A stretch of DNA of 64,000 bases, taken from the NCBI RefSeq assembly GCF_000181795.1, contig NW_003526941.1:9867057-9931056 (forward strand), given 5' to 3'. Each line of letters begins with the position of its first letter. The first letter of the stretch is position 1. A model generated the notes under the pieces. The model worked only from the letters and a program-made list of their open reading frames with translations. It was not told the DNA's origin and did not search any database. Source of the stretch: Trichinella spiralis. Taxonomy: Eukaryota. This document shows positions 63,140-64,000 of this stretch, piece by piece. The position numbers and the translations under genes were made by a program.

Positions 63140-64000
63140 ATGTTCGATATGGACAAGAAGAATAATGCTGTTTCAATAAATACTGCTAATGACGACGAGA
63201 TGCTAATTTATCCATTTCACGAATCGCCGCCGCCAGCGAAGTGTGGCGAAGAATTTGCCGTTGGACAAGAATTGGTAGCAAGAAACGCTTCGGAAGGGCA
63301 TTTGTCGAAAAATAAAATACGAATGAAATGGCGCCAAATGGTGAAGAAGGTTCTGCGCGTGCCGGACCCTTGGGAAATGTTGAAGTTGAATTCCAGCCCA
63401 GTGGAACAGTGCCTGCGTTACAGGTATTCAGCGTTGCGTGGCGAATGGGTCACCGATAGGGTTTTTGTGAAAATTGAAGACGAACCGTTCGACCGGGGCG
63501 CCATGCGTATATGCTATCGTTTGAAAAAGTGCCCGGGCGTGCATGAAGACGTGCCCAGCGATTGGAGCAAAGCGACAAATTTTGTCGCCAAACGTTACAT
63601 CGCGCAGAGCGTCTCTAGGGAGACTTATTTTGAAGATGTGCGTCTGCAAATGGACGCCAAACTTTGGAGTGACGAGTTCAACCGCCACAATCCGCCGAAA
63701 AAAATCGACATTTTCCAAGTGTCGATAGTGGAATTTGTCAACCGACCAGAAAAACCCCTTTTCCACTTGGAACACTTCATTGAGGGGAACTACGTGAAAT
63801 ACAATTCCAATTCTGGCTTTGTCCTTTCTTCGTCGGTTTACCGTCAGACGCCACAAGCATTTAGTCATTTCACGTTTGAAATGAGTGCCCATCAATTAAT
63901 TGTGGTCGACATCCAAGGTGTTGGCGATTTGTACACCGACCCCCAGATTCACACCAGTGACGGTATTGGGTACGGTGATGGCAATTTGGGAACAAAAGGC
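63140..64000 (+). CDS. EEF2K: eEF2 kinase (alpha-kinase) N-terminal and catalytic region, running off the window end
   Basis: Open frame with PDPW, RYRYSA..GEW, EPFDRGAMR, YFEDVRLQMDAKLW..EFNRHNPPKKIDI, EHFIEGNYVKYNSNSGF, TPQAFSHFTFE, VVDIQGVGDLYTDPQIH, GDGNLG. Confidence 0.97.
   Translation, partial: MFDMDKKNNAVSINTANDDEMLIYPFHESPPPAKCGEEFAVGQELVARNASEGHLSKNKIRMKWRQMVKKVLRVPDPWEMLKLNSSPVEQCLRYRYSALRGEWVTDRVFVKIEDEPFDRGAMRICYRLKKCPGVHEDVPSDWSKATNFVAKRYIAQSVSRETYFEDVRLQMDAKLWSDEFNRHNPPKKIDIFQVSIVEFVNRPEKPLFHLEHFIEGNYVKYNSNSGFVLSSSVYRQTPQAFSHFTFEMSAHQLIVVDIQGVGDLYTDPQIHTSDGIGYGDGNLGTKG

Noticed and set aside
63428..63895. 155-aa minus-strand ORF
   Set aside because: Antisense shadow of the eEF2K coding exon.

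Overview
AT-rich eukaryotic genomic DNA with short introns. Transthyretin-like genes, an nlp-42-like neuropeptide and compact operon-like clusters point to a nematode; a clade I Trichinella-like species is my inference only. Two 10-N gaps (11651-11660, 47887-47896) split the window into three contigs that appear to be in reversed order. PPP1R14 exon 1 lies at the end of contig 2 while exons 2-4 lie at the start of contig 1, and the two ends share about 626 bp. The eEF2K kinase domain lies at the end of contig 3 while its C-terminus lies at the start of contig 2. Genes: PPP1R14/CPI-17-like, APPL (BAR-PH-PTB), UBE2W, eEF2K, a stand-alone Sld2/RecQ4-N protein, two transthyretin-like genes, PCMT1, a divergent YY1/Pho-like REPO plus four zinc finger gene, MRPS34, an nlp-42-like precursor, a 167-aa orphan, aminopeptidase N, TRIAP1 overlapping MED10, CWF19L1 and GPATCH11. 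Mobile or repeat DNA: a hAT end whose empty site is also present, a pogo/Tigger deletion derivative, two piggyBac relics, Gypsy LTRs, a BEL/Pao relic, a ~40-bp C-rich satellite and several hairpins. The most unusual biology is the TRIAP1/MED10 overlap sharing one 3' splice site, a minimal YY1-like protein with altered recognition helices, and an Sld2-like protein with no S/T-P CDK sites. All family assignments are from motif recall, not database searches.
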